DNA of 54,849 bases from an uncultured Hippea sp. (GCA_913009315.1 CAJVZA010000003.1:1-54849), one strand, 5' to 3'. Shown: positions 39,824 to 49,890, counted from the stretch's first letter. The notes: generated from the letters alone by a model not told the origin. Numbers and translations are program-made.

Positions 39824-40264
39824 GGGGTCGTGTCTTTGCATTTGACATAACTCTCTGATTTTAGGTTATAAGTAACAGGTGAATTAGTGCATTTCTATGG
39901 CAAGACCGCAAGTACAGCGGTAATTTTCAACGTATCATGGGCATTGCGAGCGGAGTAATTTCACCACAGGCAGGATGCCTATGATACACTGAGACTGCCG
40001 CGGCCTTCGGCCTCGCAGTGACAGAAGGAAAAAGTCATTGCCTTGAAATTTCCCCTCCGTCATTGCGAGCGAAAGCGCGGCAATCTCGTCTTTGGACTGC
40101 CGCGTCGTTTTGCTTTGCTCCTCGCAGTGACTAAAATATAGAGGCCATTGCAATCGCGCAGCGAAGCAATCTCAAAAACACTGACAATAAAAGAATTGCC
40201 ATGCACCTTTTGGTGCTCGCGTCACAAATAAGAGTTTATCAACAGTCTGCAGAGACACGACCCC
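39824..40264. mobile_element. 441-bp composite REP element with 17-bp terminal inverted repeats
   Basis: GGGGTCGTGTCTTTGCA ... TGCAGAGACACGACCCC (1 mismatch). Contains ATG GCA AGA CCG (MARP, a RAYT-like start) and several GTCATTGCGAG / CTCGCAGTGAC palindromes. Confidence 0.7.
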
Positions 40265-40288
40265 GATTGACCCGGGAACAAAATCAGA

Positions 40289-40561
40289 TTATTTTGATAG
40301 TTCTTCTTCCACTTTTTCCTGCAAGAATAACTTGATTAAAGACTGATAGGGTACATCTTTTTTGTGAGCGATTGCTTTTATTTCATCCAAAAAAAACTCA
40401 GGCAGACGTAAAGATATGGTTTTTGTTGATGGTTTTAAATTCGGAAATAGAGTTTTTTTGCCCTTATGCCAGTCTATATATTTAGTTGAATCCGCTTTTG
40501 CCCAGAATTCTCTTTCCTCGTTTTCATCCTTGAATTCAGGTATCTTTTTTGATTTACTCAT
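40289..40561 (-). CDS. BrnA/CopG-family antitoxin
   Basis: KKIPEFK.E.EEREFW...DS..Y.DW and PSTKTISLRLP.....IK..A.K.DVPYQSLIK motifs. Confidence 0.85.
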   Translation of the reverse strand: MSKSKKIPEFKDENEEREFWAKADSTKYIDWHKGKKTLFPNLKPSTKTISLRLPEFFLDEIKAIAHKKDVPYQSLIKLFLQEKVEEELSK

Positions 40562-40766
40562 AATACGCATCCCTCTCTTTTTTATTCATATCTCTTGCTG
40601 AGATCACTCTTATTGAACTGTCTCTTACGGTAAATACTACAAACAATAATCTTTCTCCGTCTGTTTTTTCAAGTACATACCACCTTCTTTCTTGATGTGA
40701 ATGTGATGTGTCTTTTCCTGTAATCAGAGGTTTGTTGAAGAAAACCTGTTCGCATTCGGCGTTCAC
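40554..40766 (-). pseudogene. BrnT (DUF497) toxin, 5'-truncated
   Basis: ECEQVFFN.PL, HS..E.R and RLLFVVFTVR...IRVISARDM..KER are present; the N-terminal FEWD..K..KH segment is absent. Confidence 0.75.
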
Positions 40767-40983
40767 TTTCTTTATTTCGGCATCTTAGTCGTGATCTCAC
40801 TCTCAAATTTTTTAACGTATAGCAGTTATAGAGGCGCTTTGCATGTTAATATCGACATTTGAGTATTATCAGCATAATTTCGGAATATTCACCGATGCAA
40901 CTTCCCTCATTTTTATCTTCTGTGCCGCATTATTTCGTGAGAAATTGGAAGAGGAAGGCATACATATCAGATTGGTCGGGTAT

Positions 40984-41328
40984 TTAATGTGTAATAATAA
41001 CCGCGTGTAATTTTAACGGAGCAGTACCGATATTTTTGATGCTGTGACTTGCGCCGTTGCCGGTAACTACCACATCTCCCGCTTTAACGGATTTTTTCAC
41101 ACCATTATCCATAACAATGCCGGTTCCTTCTAAAATTGTGTAATATTCGGTTTCCGAATTGTGGTGATGCTCTCCGATAGATGCGCCGGGCGGCAAGGTA
41201 GCTTCCGAAAAGAGTCGGGCATTTTTCATAGATGCGCCGTCGACAAAATGAACGAGAGTAACCGTTCCTTCTCCTCCCATCATCTTTTCTCTTAGTTCGA
41301 CTTTCATTTCATTGCGATGAATAATCAT
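40984..41328 (-). CDS. Cupin domain protein
   Basis: LPPGASIGEHHH..ETEYY.ILEG.G and GDVVV.G.G.SHSI.N motifs; GAGGAG RBS at ATG 41328. Confidence 0.88.
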   Translation of the reverse strand: MIIHRNEMKVELREKMMGGEGTVTLVHFVDGASMKNARLFSEATLPPGASIGEHHHNSETEYYTILEGTGIVMDNGVKKSVKAGDVVVTGNGASHSIKNIGTAPLKLHAVIITH

Positions 41329-41527
41329 AAATATTTCTCCTCTGTCTGTTTTAATATAATTATAGACTGACAAAACAGCATTTCAACGATAATTCTACGA
41401 ATCTTCGGGAAACGTTTTCGCGTTTGGCACTTGTCCCCAAATCTTTTAACAGTTTGGACAAATATTGAGTACTTCCCGCATTAACTTGACATTTGGGCAT
41501 TATTGGCGTAGTTTCAGGGTATGCCGC

Positions 41528-41821
41528 ATGCCGAAAATAACAGATAGCAAGGTTTGTGTCGCAGATTATCCTCATAGTATTACTCGGCGTGTAAATAACA
41601 GAGAACCGGCCTTGCGCTCAGTACCTTTTCTTTTCGCTTAGACTGTGTTTAGTGTGTAAAGTGAGATATACGACAAGGAAATAAAAAAATCTATAGAGAT
41701 GCGGATGACTACCGGAAAACTTCTCGGCAATGCAGGTTTTATACAATTACTCAAAAAGAAACTTGACAGAAATCTGCTGCCGGAGAAGGCAGAGCGTCTG
41801 GGAAAAAAGAAATATGGATAA
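41528..41821 (+). pseudogene. REP-associated tyrosine transposase (RAYT) remnant with catalytic core deleted
   Basis: 41528-41608 gives MPKI...VCVADYPHSITRRVNNREP (cf. MPR.AR.....PHHITQRGNNR). 41669-41821 gives EIKKSI....TTGKLLGNAGFIQLLKKKLDRNLLPEKAERLGKK (cf. IR..T.TGRPLG...F...LE..L.R.L.P.K.GRP.K). Confidence 0.7.
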
Positions 41822-41963
41822 CGGGGTAATGCTGCTATGTTTCGCTTTAAAGTCTGAAATGTTCCGAACAAAGCAAAGGTTTTTAAATTTCTTCAAAGCA
41901 TTATTTTTTTGAGCGAATCGTTCAAAAAAGTATGTAAAACAATCATTTGATTGGAGGTTTTAT

Positions 41964-42071
41964 ATGGCGAAAGGCAAGAGTAAAGCAAAATCACAAGAAA
42001 AGAAAAAACCGCAAAACAGTATTAAAGAAAAAAGAAAATTAAAAAAGGAAAAAGCTTCAAGAAATTCTTAA
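41964..42071 (+). CDS. 35-aa Lys-rich small protein
   Basis: GGAGG RBS, MAKGKSKAKSQEKKKPQNSIKEKRKLKKEKASRNS; below the ORF-track cutoff. Confidence 0.6.
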   Translation: MAKGKSKAKSQEKKKPQNSIKEKRKLKKEKASRNS

Positions 42072-42694
42072 TTTCGGTGTAATTCAAGCTGTGATAACTG
42101 AATTCATATCCGCGTGCGTTTTTTCGGAAGCCGGATCATAAAAATTACCGTACCTGTCAAGATCGGATTTTGCGCAATTTTTTAAAAAATGTGCAGAGGT
42201 TTTATTATACGGGCTTCTGTCTTTCTTGTTTGGTTTTTTGGATTTAATTGACAATTAAAAACCACCGGATATAGTTTTTTGGTAAGACCGTTATACCAAA
42301 CATTCAGAGGGGGAGGGCAATGAGATAAGGATGAGATAAGATAGTTTGAGGATGTAATTTCAAAATATGCCGGGGGTAATATGATTAGACAATACTTGAA
42401 ACAAAACAGCGAAGTTGGTATATACGGCTGACATGAGTAAATCCATACCTTCACAAATTGAAAACTCAAATCCGTCGTATATATTCGGCTCACGCTTATG
42501 CGCAATTATTACCTGAGTTTGCAAGGCATAGTTAGGAAACTGATCGGAGGTTAGAATGATTGTTCACGGATTACCGGAGACGATTTAAAGCAGTAATTGC
42601 AGAGATTTAGAACGAACAGACTCATGTTGAGCGAATAATAGTTGTGGATGGTTTAGATTGAAATACCTATAAAAACAACAGAAAGGAGTTGATT

Positions 42695-43276
42695 ATGAGT
42701 GTAAAGAAAATCTTGATGCTTGTCGGTGATTATGCGGAAGATTACGAAGTAATGGTGCCTTTTCAGGCACTTTCGATGGTAGGACATACAGTTCATGCGG
42801 TCTGTCCCGACAAAAAAGCAGGCGAGTCTATTCGCACCGCGATACACGATTTTGAGGGAGATCAGACCTACAGCGAAAAGCCCGGGCATAATTTTGTGCT
42901 GAATGCTACTTTTGCGGAGATTAAGGCCGAAGATTACGATGCATTGGTCATCTCCGGCGGGCGTGCACCGGAATATATTCGCCTGAACGAGACGGTATTG
43001 AATATGGTGCGTCATTTTTCACAGGCAAATAAGCCCATTGCATCCATCTGCCACGGTGCACAGGTACTTGCCGCAGCCGGAGTCATCAAAGGCAAAACCT
43101 GTTCCGCTTATCCGGCGGTGGGACCTGATGTAACTTGTGCGGGAGGCAAATACGTAGATATCCCAATGGATAAGGCCAACGTAGACAACAAGTTAGTTAC
43201 TGCCCCTGCCTGGCCCGCTCATCCCGATTGGCTTGCAAAATTTCTGCAGGTGCTGGGGACGAAGATCGAACCATAG
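42695..43276 (+). CDS. DJ-1/PfpI family protein
   Basis: [33 protein letters not shown] and TAPAWPAH; AAGGAG RBS supports ATG 42695. Confidence 0.92.
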   Translation: MSVKKILMLVGDYAEDYEVMVPFQALSMVGHTVHAVCPDKKAGESIRTAIHDFEGDQTYSEKPGHNFVLNATFAEIKAEDYDALVISGGRAPEYIRLNETVLNMVRHFSQANKPIASICHGAQVLAAAGVIKGKTCSAYPAVGPDVTCAGGKYVDIPMDKANVDNKLVTAPAWPAHPDWLAKFLQVLGTKIEP

Positions 43277-43278
43277 CA

Positions 43279-43312
43279 TCATGGGGTCGTGTCTTTACAT
43301 TTGACATAACTC
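43279..43312 (+). repeat. 34-bp GGGGTC-type REP end
   Basis: TCATGGGGTCGTGTCTTTACATTTGACATAACTC; one difference from the copies at 39820 and 45584. Confidence 0.9.
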
Positions 43313-43363
43313 TTTCAGAAAATGCTTATGTCTTCTCTTTTATAAGGAGATGGCATAAGCAAC

Positions 43364-43592
43364 GAGACTGCCGCGGCCTTCGGCCTCGCAGTGACAAAAG
43401 AAGGAAGGTCATTGCCATAGATATTTCCTCTCCGTCATCGCAAGTATTTTCTTCCCCGTCATCGTAAAATACAAGAGCGCAGCGAAGTAATCTCAGCTTC
43501 TTTAATGTATCACAGGCATTCTGCCTGTGGCAAGGTTGTTTTGCCTGCCTGTGCGTAGCACGCAGACAGGTCGCTTTGTTCCTCGCAATGAC
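43364..43592. repeat. Cluster of GTCATTGCGAG/CTCGCARTGAC palindromic repeats
   Basis: GAGACTGCCGCGGCCTTCGGCCTCGCAGTGAC also occurs at 39991, with variants at 53351 and (inverted) ~54584-54616. ATCACAGGCATYYTGCCTGT sub-repeat. Confidence 0.8.
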
Positions 43593-44232
43593 AACAGGAA
43601 AGAATAATGCTGCAACGGTTTTCTCTTTCGTTGAGAACACTCGAAGGATATGCGATAATCTCAAATACTCTTTTCCTTTATTACTTTTTGAACGACCAAA
43701 AATGAGGTCAGACTGAGTGACACCTGCCACAACCTTGCTTGTCTTTTGCCTGAAATATATCTGGAATATATTAAAAACAGAATATTCTTCCTTATTTTTT
43801 GAATGTGCTTAATGTGCGGCGGTTTCTCTATATGTTATTCAACCTTTCATTTCATACGATTGCACGCGTGACTGTTGATGCAGCGATCCCTGAGTGTATT
43901 GCTATTTCAACTGCAAACAAGCGCATAGATGAATGCGCGGTTTTGACTTATTTCATTTCGGCGATTGCCCACCTCATGAGAATGAATTAATTTGCTGCGG
44001 TTTATATAAAGTGGCGGTCGAATTGTTTGCACGGTCAGCTTTGCAGACTATAATTAGCAAAAGTTGATATTGTTTGTAAAATATTTGCACGATTTATGTT
44101 ATAATGAATAGTTGCGACAATAACATGCAATTAGGGTAACGTGAATAATTTGAATTATATGCAATCCTGCAGTAGTCTCAACTGCTATAAAGCACGGCAT
44201 ATAAATAGAACAAGGAAAGTCTGGCGGTTACA

Positions 44233-45579
44233 TTGATTACTGAAAATAAAACCATCACAGCGATAACAATTAGCTTAGGTGCTTTCTTAACACCGTTTTC
44301 TATTGCATCGCTTAATGTGGCACTCCCTTCCATTTCAAGGGATCTTTCAATGAACACAATTTCAATGAGTCTTACCTTAATATCATTTCTTTTGACTGCT
44401 TCTATTTTTCTCCTTCCATTCGGCAATATAGGCGATAATCACAGCAGAAAGACCGTATTCATTTCTGGTATAGGTATATTTATTATCGCATCATTTATGT
44501 CGGCTGTGTCTCAAACGGCAACGATATTGATCATCGCAAGGGCTCTATGCGGGGCAGGGAGCGCAATGATTCTCTCAAATGGAATGCCTGTGCTCATAGA
44601 ATCCTTTCCGGTGAATGAGAGAGGCAAAATACTTGGAATCTATTCGGCATTTATATATGTAGGTTTAGCATTAGGTGCTCTTGCCGGCGGCTTTTTGACT
44701 CAGCTGTTATCCTGGAGATGGATTTTTTTTATTATGCTGCCGATTGGATTAAGCGTGTTGATTCTGTCATTCAAACTGCCTCAACCGAACAGGCGGTTAA
44801 AGCGCAGCAAGTTTGATATTGTTGGGTTTGTACTGTACGCCATGTCACTGTTTCTAATTATCTACGGATTTACAACAATAGATAAGTCAAAGAATATTAT
44901 TTACATAGTTATAGGATTTCTGCTTCTCCTTGTATTTATAGCAAAACAGCTGAGATCCAAATTCCCATTAATAGATGTCAGAATATTTTTAACAAACAGA
45001 ACTTTTGCTTTATCAAGTTTATCTGTCTTGACGCTTTACATCTCAACGTTTTCTTTTCCTTTTATTTTAAGTCTGTATTTACAGTTTATAAGAGGACTCA
45101 ATGTTCAGACAACAGGTTTAATACTCGTTATTCAGCCTATTTTTATGAGTATTATAGCACCTGTTGCAGGAAAACTTTCGGACAAGGTTCAACCGAGAAT
45201 AGTTGCGTCTTCAGGAATACTTTTTATAATTGTCGGTTTTCTGCTGCTTGCTTATCTGCAGCGCTGGCCTTTTATTATACCTATACTGGTACTTTCGCTT
45301 ATGGGTATGGGTTTTGGATTATTTTCATCACCAAATGCGAACGCTGTTATGAGTTGTGTTGATAAATCTATATACGGTGTAGCATCTGCCACGCTAAGTA
45401 CGATGAGAACGATAGGCCAGACAATGAGCATGGCATTGGTGGCACTTATTTTTTCTGCCAACATAAGATATTCAAACGCAAAAGTTTCTATGCATGATAT
45501 TGCGATAATATTTTCCATATCTATTGCGATTACCTTCATAAGCCTACTATTCTCTCTGCTAAGAGGAAAGATACGCTAA
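44233..45579 (+). CDS. MFS transporter, DHA2 (EmrB/QacA-like)
   Basis: NVALPSI, ERGKILG, G...GG.LTQ..SWRWIFF and AGKLSDK motifs; many TM segments; TTG start uncertain. Confidence 0.88.
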   Translation: MITENKTITAITISLGAFLTPFSIASLNVALPSISRDLSMNTISMSLTLISFLLTASIFLLPFGNIGDNHSRKTVFISGIGIFIIASFMSAVSQTATILIIARALCGAGSAMILSNGMPVLIESFPVNERGKILGIYSAFIYVGLALGALAGGFLTQLLSWRWIFFIMLPIGLSVLILSFKLPQPNRRLKRSKFDIVGFVLYAMSLFLIIYGFTTIDKSKNIIYIVIGFLLLLVFIAKQLRSKFPLIDVRIFLTNRTFALSSLSVLTLYISTFSFPFILSLYLQFIRGLNVQTTGLILVIQPIFMSIIAPVAGKLSDKVQPRIVASSGILFIIVGFLLLAYLQRWPFIIPILVLSLMGMGFGLFSSPNANAVMSCVDKSIYGVASATLSTMRTIGQTMSMALVALIFSANIRYSNAKVSMHDIAIIFSISIAITFISLLFSLLRGKIR

Positions 45580-45583
45580 AAGC

Positions 45584-45617
45584 TCATGGGGTCGTGTCTT
45601 TGCATTTGACATAACTC
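45584..45617 (+). repeat. 34-bp GGGGTC-type REP end
   Basis: TCATGGGGTCGTGTCTTTGCATTTGACATAACTC, identical to 39820-39853. Confidence 0.9.
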
Positions 45618-45959
45618 CTTAATTTAAGCTTGCAACCTGCCTTGAGCACTACACTAAACGTAGTTTCAGCGAAAAGAAAAGGTGTTGAATGCGAGGCGGG
45701 TTCTTGCCGGTTTTTTCTCTTTTTCTCCATAATTGCGAGCGCAGAGAAGTAGTCTCGAATACGCTTTTCTTCCTTATCTTTTTGAATGTGTTTATTGTGC
45801 AGGGTCTCTTAAGCATTTATCGTTGATTGTGTGAGCCGCAAGCCTTGCTGTAATTGACAAATTTTTATCATCGGTGTATAAGTTTGATGTGTATAAAAAG
45901 ACTGTTGGGCGGTTAAAAGGTGTTGTTTACCAAAGTGCAAAGAATATAATGGTGGCGCG

Positions 45960-46172
45960 ATGAGGACAAGAACCGAGTTTATGGAGCTCAGGGGAAAGAT
46001 ACAGGATCTGGACAGGTCGTTTGACCTGATTTTCTGGCAAGCACAAAGTTCCGACGAAAGATTTGCTGCTGCATGGGAGTTAATCGTTTATGCAAGCAGG
46101 ATAAGGGGTGTTAATGTTCGTGAACTCCGACTTCACCGAACTATTGAAACTTTTCAACGACAGCAAGGTTAA
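45960..46172 (+). CDS. Small hypothetical protein, partner of the nucleotidyltransferase
   Basis: 70 aa with a D..FW.....ER..A.WEL...RL.R pattern often seen upstream of DUF6036-like genes; overlaps the next gene. Confidence 0.6.
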   Translation: MRTRTEFMELRGKIQDLDRSFDLIFWQAQSSDERFAAAWELIVYASRIRGVNVRELRLHRTIETFQRQQG

Positions 46173-46569
46173 ATATCTGATAATCGGTGGATATGCGTTT
46201 ATTCAGTATGCTGAACCGCGCTACACAAAAGATTTGAATTTGTGGATAAGCACAGATACGACAAATGCGGCGGCAGTGTATGCTGCGTTGAAGGCATTTG
46301 GAGCACCGTTGACAGAGTTGACCGAGAAAGACTTTGCAGAAGAGGGGTATTTCTATCAAATGGGAGTACCGCCGATAAGAGTGGATATTCTGATGGGAAT
46401 ACCGGGGATAGAGTTTGAGCAGGCGTGGAAGCGACGGGAAGGAGTGGACTTTGATGGATTGGTAGTGCCGTTTATCAGCAAAGGAGATTTGATAACTGCA
46501 AAGCTGGCATCAGGGCGTCCGCAGGATTTGATAGATGCAGACATATTAACCCGAGCTGGTGAGGAGTAA
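46114..46569 (+). CDS. DUF6036-like minimal nucleotidyltransferase
   Basis: YLIIGGYA...Y..PRYTKDLN (DxD read as DLN) and LI..K.ASGRPQDLID motifs; start at ATG 46114. Confidence 0.78.
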   Translation: MFVNSDFTELLKLFNDSKVKYLIIGGYAFIQYAEPRYTKDLNLWISTDTTNAAAVYAALKAFGAPLTELTEKDFAEEGYFYQMGVPPIRVDILMGIPGIEFEQAWKRREGVDFDGLVVPFISKGDLITAKLASGRPQDLIDADILTRAGEE

Positions 46570-46651
46570 AGAGAAAATATGAGACTGCCGTTCAACAAAC
46601 ATCATATATCTACAGGTATCTGCAGAAATTAAAAGTCTTTCTATAAAAGTT

Positions 46652-47971
46652 CTAAGCAGTCATAGAAAGTGCGGCTTTTTTTCCGGCACTGACGCAGTCG
46701 TTTAATCCAATGCCCCGAAACGCATTTCCGATTATTTTTAGACCTTTGTTCCGACTCTCTTTCTCATCAATAATTTTGACAATATCCTTATGATTCATAA
46801 GATATTGCGGTATAGCTTTTTTGTGACGAATAATTCTTATGAGATCAGGTTCAACATTCAAATCCATTGTTCGCTTCAGCTCTTCTTTGGCTATATTGAT
46901 AATTTCCTCATCGCTTTTGTCTGCCATATGATGCAGTCTGGCTCCTCCGATAATGATTCTAATCAGCGAATGACCGGCAGCAGCCCGCGGAAAGATTGAA
47001 GAGTCCCAGAGCACGCCGATTGCCGAATTCATCTGATCAAGTGCGAAAAGAAACCCGAATCCGTCAAGTTCAAGTTTTCTGTTGTATCCAAATGCCGCAA
47101 CATCAACCGGCGCATAACTTATTATGTCGGCAGTCTCGGCAAGCTCTTTATCGAAACCGACGGCTATTTTTGCCAATGTATATGCCGGAAGTGCCGAAAT
47201 CAGTCGTTTTGTCTTTATCTCGCCGCTATCGGTTTCTACAATAAACAATTTTTCATCTTTTCTTATCAATAATGCCCGGCAGTTCAGTCTTATTCCTATT
47301 CCTTTTGAAATGCCGCCGACCATCTGACTTAATCCGCCTGTGAAACTTGTGAGTCTTCCTCCTCCGAAGGCGGCTGCATTACTTGATTTTTTAAGCTTTA
47401 TCAAAGCCTTAAAAAGTGATCCGTAGTTTCTCTCAAGCTCCTTTATTCTTCCGAATGCAGACTCCACGCTCATTGTATCGGGGTCGCCCGCATAAACTCC
47501 CGTAGCCATCGGCCCGATAAGTTTGTTAAGCGCCTCCTTGCCGAATCTTCTTTTGACAAAGTCCGCCAATGTTTCATCTTCATATTTTTTGCGTACAAAC
47601 GGTTCGGCAGCGAGTCTCAGTTTCCCTCCAAAAGATAAAAGCGGAGATTTTATAAATGCGGCAGGCGAGAACGGCAGCTCGTGAAGTCTGCCTCCGGAAA
47701 AGATAAATCGTTTTTCGGCTTTATCGTTTGCCCTCAAAAGATCCGGATTAAGCAGTGACTTTTCTGCAAGTTCCAAAGTATCGGGCTTGTTGTCCAAAAA
47801 TCCGTTCGGACCTTCTTCTATAACGAAATCTGCAGTCCTTTCCGTATGAGCTTTTCCTCCGGCATAGCTGTTTTTCTCAATAATAAGCGGCTCTATGCCT
47901 CCTAATTTAAGGAATTTTGCTGCCGACAGACCCGAAATACCCGCACCCAATATAACCGCATCATAGATCAT
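46652..47971 (-). CDS. hemY: HemY-type proto/coproporphyrinogen oxidase
   Basis: GAGISGL FAD motif, EEGPNGFL, GVYAGDP, AIPQY and GIGLNDCV. Confidence 0.9.
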   Translation of the reverse strand: MIYDAVILGAGISGLSAAKFLKLGGIEPLIIEKNSYAGGKAHTERTADFVIEEGPNGFLDNKPDTLELAEKSLLNPDLLRANDKAEKRFIFSGGRLHELPFSPAAFIKSPLLSFGGKLRLAAEPFVRKKYEDETLADFVKRRFGKEALNKLIGPMATGVYAGDPDTMSVESAFGRIKELERNYGSLFKALIKLKKSSNAAAFGGGRLTSFTGGLSQMVGGISKGIGIRLNCRALLIRKDEKLFIVETDSGEIKTKRLISALPAYTLAKIAVGFDKELAETADIISYAPVDVAAFGYNRKLELDGFGFLFALDQMNSAIGVLWDSSIFPRAAAGHSLIRIIIGGARLHHMADKSDEEIINIAKEELKRTMDLNVEPDLIRIIRHKKAIPQYLMNHKDIVKIIDEKESRNKGLKIIGNAFRGIGLNDCVSAGKKAALSMTA

Positions 47972-48893
47972 TGATCTTCTCCTTTATTTTTTCGGCTATT
48001 AATTTTACAAACCTGTCATCATCGTTTATACAGTCTGCTCTGACAAAGAAGCTTGCTCCCCATTTTTTGGCAAGCGCTTTATACAGCAGATCGATTTCGT
48101 AAATTGTTTCCGAATTATCAACAATAAAACTGATCGGAATCATTACTATCGGCAGACGTTTTTTTGCCAGTTCCATAATCTTATCCGCAGTCGTCGGATT
48201 AAACCATTTTACAGGTCCCAATTTTGACTGAAATGCAAGTTCGTATCTATGTTTCGGAAATCGCTTTACCGCCAGTTCCACGCTTTCTTCAACCTGTTTG
48301 ATGTATGGATCTTTGGTTGTTTCTGCCAAAGCAATCGGAAGAGAGTGAGCGGAAAACAGGAGAACTGCTTCTTCTCTCAAATGCTCCGGGATTTTTTCTA
48401 TCGCATCTTCAATTTTTTGTTCGACAATATCAATATATTCCTTATCTTTATAGAACGTATCGATTCTCTCACTCTTTTTCGACACCCTTTCAAATTTATC
48501 CATAAAAGAACCGACTGTCGTATAAGAAAACTGAGGCAAAAGAGAAACAATAAAGATTTTTTCATAGTGTGTCAGTTTATTTACAATCTCTGCGATTTTC
48601 GGCTTTGTGTATCTCATCGCAAAAAAAAGATCGGTTTTGAGCAAAATTTTAAGCTTTTTGACAATTGAGTGTGTATAAAAAATAACCGGCGACGGACCGG
48701 ATTGTTTCAATATGCTGTAGGTTTTTGGCCATCTTAAGGCGATTATGGCAATAGCAAGCAAAAATCTGACAGGCCGGCTGTAAGGCAGGATTCTTTTATC
48801 GGTAAACATTCCTAACAGGAATTGCGGAATATCGGAAATTTTTGCTATACCGCCCGTCGAAACGATTACAACGGCATACCGGGAATTTTTCAC
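47961..48893 (-). CDS. hemH: Ferrochelatase
   Basis: AMRY..P, PQFSYTTVGS, FSAHSLP, FQSKLGP.KW and F..D.SET.YEID motifs. Confidence 0.92.
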   Translation of the reverse strand: MKNSRYAVVIVSTGGIAKISDIPQFLLGMFTDKRILPYSRPVRFLLAIAIIALRWPKTYSILKQSGPSPVIFYTHSIVKKLKILLKTDLFFAMRYTKPKIAEIVNKLTHYEKIFIVSLLPQFSYTTVGSFMDKFERVSKKSERIDTFYKDKEYIDIVEQKIEDAIEKIPEHLREEAVLLFSAHSLPIALAETTKDPYIKQVEESVELAVKRFPKHRYELAFQSKLGPVKWFNPTTADKIMELAKKRLPIVMIPISFIVDNSETIYEIDLLYKALAKKWGASFFVRADCINDDDRFVKLIAEKIKEKINDL

Positions 48894-48894
48894 C

Positions 48895-49890
48895 TTATTC
48901 CTGATTATGAATCCAATCGACTAATCGCTTCAGCTGCTCCTGATCGGTATCCGGCAGAACGCCATGTCCGAAATTTACTATATATCTGTTCTTCGGAAGT
49001 TCTTTCAGCAGCCTGCCCTGCTTTTTCGTAATAGTTGAAAAATCCGTAAACATAATTGCAGGGTCGAGATTTCCCTGAACCGCACCGGGAAATTTTGAAG
49101 CAACTTTCAGAATGTCGGTTCTCCAGTCACAGCTTATGCAGCTTATCCTGAGATCCGATATAATGTCCGATAGATGTGCTGCTCCGCCGCCCGCATAATA
49201 GATTATTGGAGCGAATCTGCCGATTTTTGAAATAATTCTTTTTATGGAAGGAAAAATCAGTTCTCTATAAATATCGGCAGGCAGCACACCTACCCAGCTG
49301 TCAAAAAGCTGAACGGCATCAACTCCGGCTCTTATCTGAAACATCAGATAATCGATAACCATTTTCTCAAGTTCGAAAAGCTCTTTGATTGGTTCCCCGT
49401 ACATCAGTTTTCGCATAAGAGCATATTGGTCTTTGCTTTTTGATCCTTTCAGATAACAAGCAAGCGTAAAAGGTGCTCCTGAAAATCCCAGCAGCGGCCT
49501 GTCTTTAAGCTCGCCTTTTATGTTTGAGATTGTTTTTGCTATAAAATCCAGCGACCCTCCGAAGCCATGAAACTCGAAACCGGTCTCAGAATCAACAACA
49601 GGTGTAACATCTTTTGAAAATGCCACCCCGATTCCGGATGCCTCAAGCGGAATCAGGATATCGGAAAACAGAATTGCGGCATCAACATCCAGCTGTTTAA
49701 CCGGCATAAGCGTGATTTCAGCGGCAAGTTCGGGAGTATGACATAGCGTCAGGAAATCATATTTTTCCTTCAATTTTCTGTAATCGGCAAGAATTCTTCC
49801 TGCCTGTCTCATAAACCACACCGGTCTGTAGGAGGCATTTCGTCCTTTTAGAATATCCAAAACCGCAAATCTGTTTTGCCGGTTATTCAT
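48895..49890 (-). CDS. hemE: Uroporphyrinogen decarboxylase
   Basis: [32 protein letters not shown] and NFGHG. Start at ATG 49890 (ATGA overlap with the radical SAM stop). Confidence 0.94.
   Translation of the reverse strand: MNNRQNRFAVLDILKGRNASYRPVWFMRQAGRILADYRKLKEKYDFLTLCHTPELAAEITLMPVKQLDVDAAILFSDILIPLEASGIGVAFSKDVTPVVDSETGFEFHGFGGSLDFIAKTISNIKGELKDRPLLGFSGAPFTLACYLKGSKSKDQYALMRKLMYGEPIKELFELEKMVIDYLMFQIRAGVDAVQLFDSWVGVLPADIYRELIFPSIKRIISKIGRFAPIIYYAGGGAAHLSDIISDLRISCISCDWRTDILKVASKFPGAVQGNLDPAIMFTDFSTITKKQGRLLKELPKNRYIVNFGHGVLPDTDQEQLKRLVDWIHNQE

Noticed and set aside
42182-42650. Coding region or cassette between the microprotein and pfpI
   Set aside because: Frames are interrupted by stops and show no recognisable motif; a GTTATAC at 42290 has no matching attC.
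43326-43730. 134-aa ORF, and similar ORFs at 39935-40153, 53344-53568 and 54542-54763
   Set aside because: Largely translations of REP repeats (LSLRGRRPRQS / VTARPQAEAVS). The unique 5' part of 43326-43730 may be a gene fragment but could not be assigned.
44100-44232. Riboswitch in the MFS leader
   Set aside because: Only a 5-bp hairpin (GCAGT/ACTGC) and no recognisable aptamer consensus.
39820-45617. 34-bp repeats as a CRISPR array
   Set aside because: Copies are kilobases apart, occur in both orientations, and there are no cas genes.
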